DNA from: Schmidtea nova
Taxonomy: Eukaryota
Assembly: GCA_044892505.1 (NCBI GenBank)
Contig: CM097882.1
Span: 364,068,144-364,128,000 of the forward strand
Length of the DNA: 59,857 nt
Direction: 5' to 3'
Shown here: piece after piece, positions 59,233 to 59,857 of the stretch
Layout: the number at the start of each line of letters is the position of its first letter
Numbering within the stretch: position 1 is the first letter of the stretch
Position numbers and translations under genes: made by a program
Notes under the pieces: generated by a model
Seen by the model: the letters and a program-made list of their open reading frames with translations, nothing else
What the model was told of the DNA's origin: nothing
Database searches by the model: none

Positions 59233-59250
59233 ATCCCAGCTGAGCCCCCA
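59233..59250 (-). promoter_or_regulatory. Primer-binding site, tRNA-Pro type
   Basis: TGGGGGCTCAGCTGGGAT matches the vertebrate tRNA-Pro PBS TGGGGGCTCGTCCGGGAT at 15 of 18 positions; 6 nt from the LTR end. Confidence 0.8.
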
Positions 59251-59256
59251 AATTTA

Positions 59257-59857
59257 TGCTGGGATTATGGGTGGGTTCTAAATAATTAAAATAAATAGTT
59301 AATTATTAATTAAACGACTATTGATGAGTACGTATACTAGGGATTCCACGCCCATAACCATACATAACATGACTACTACACGCGTATGCCCTTGCCTATT
59401 CCCTACTAGTCAAGTTGGTACTGCATACGGTGGTGGAAAAATGATGGGCAGGTGAGCTTTGTTGCCAAAACTACTCCCCATTTATCTTCCCTCGGGTCCT
59501 TGCTGCCGATAGAAGGTCTTACGCAATTACATTCTATGGATGTTCGTCTCCCAATGAATTTTACACTATTTATCCTCATGAGTTATCACACGCTTTCCCC
59601 AATTGCCCTTTCCTTAACTGATCTACAAGGTAATTAATCAGTCTCTACGTAGAAACGGTCGGTCTGAGAAAAATACTGATGAGATTTTCGATTTCTAGGA
59701 TTTAATTGAGTTATTTATTTTATTTAGTGAAGTCATACGATGAGAGACAAAATTTACACCAAAATACTTTTATTAAAATAATAAAAACAGGTTGTTATTT
59801 TACATCGATGTTTTCCTACGCAAACTCCAGACTAATCTCCTGAATCAACTCCGCTTC
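59257..59857 (-). repeat. 5' LTR (truncated by the window end)
   Basis: Identical by eye to 34038-34638; ends ...CAGCA next to the PBS. Confidence 0.95.

Larger units (their letters stand above)
34038..59857 (-). mobile_element. Giant Ty3/gypsy LTR retroelement (Burro-like), envelope-bearing; its 5' end runs off the window
   Basis: Direct repeat starting TGCTGGGA at 34038 and 59257, with 601 bp identical by eye; PBS next to the right copy; Gag, PR, RT, RH, IN in gypsy order. Confidence 0.96.

Overview
AT-rich eukaryotic DNA, probably a planarian flatworm (inferred from composition and the element type below). It has two N-gaps and no recognisable host gene. The first 34 kb is transposon debris: Penelope-like remnants with hammerhead-like motifs, an intact hAT element with TIRs and an 8-bp TSD, hAT MITEs, a Merlin deletion derivative, mariner and Tc1 relics, and fold-back duplications. 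From 34038 to the window end lies one young, giant Ty3/gypsy LTR retroelement on the minus strand. The LTR starts are 25,219 bp apart, the 601 bp that can be compared look identical, and there is a tRNA-Pro-type PBS. One reading frame of 5,145 codons (56750-41316), broken by three in-frame stops, encodes in order: Gag with 3 CCHC knuckles, three ubiquitin-like domains, an AT-hook, a Bcl-2-like domain, an internal signal peptide with a chuvirus/gB-like class III glycoprotein and TM, then PR-RT-RNaseH-IN, ankyrin repeats, and a second signal peptide with FN3 repeats and TM. Env therefore sits between Gag and Pol. Separate ORFs encode an IAP-type RING protein, a TRAF homolog, coiled-coil and membrane proteins, and at least one ORF inside the LTR. 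Every ATG-initiated ORF has a YAG 1-5 nt upstream, and the spacers are enriched in UGUA(A/U)AUA, which suggests splicing-based expression as in complex viruses. All domain calls are from motif recognition by eye; no searches were run.
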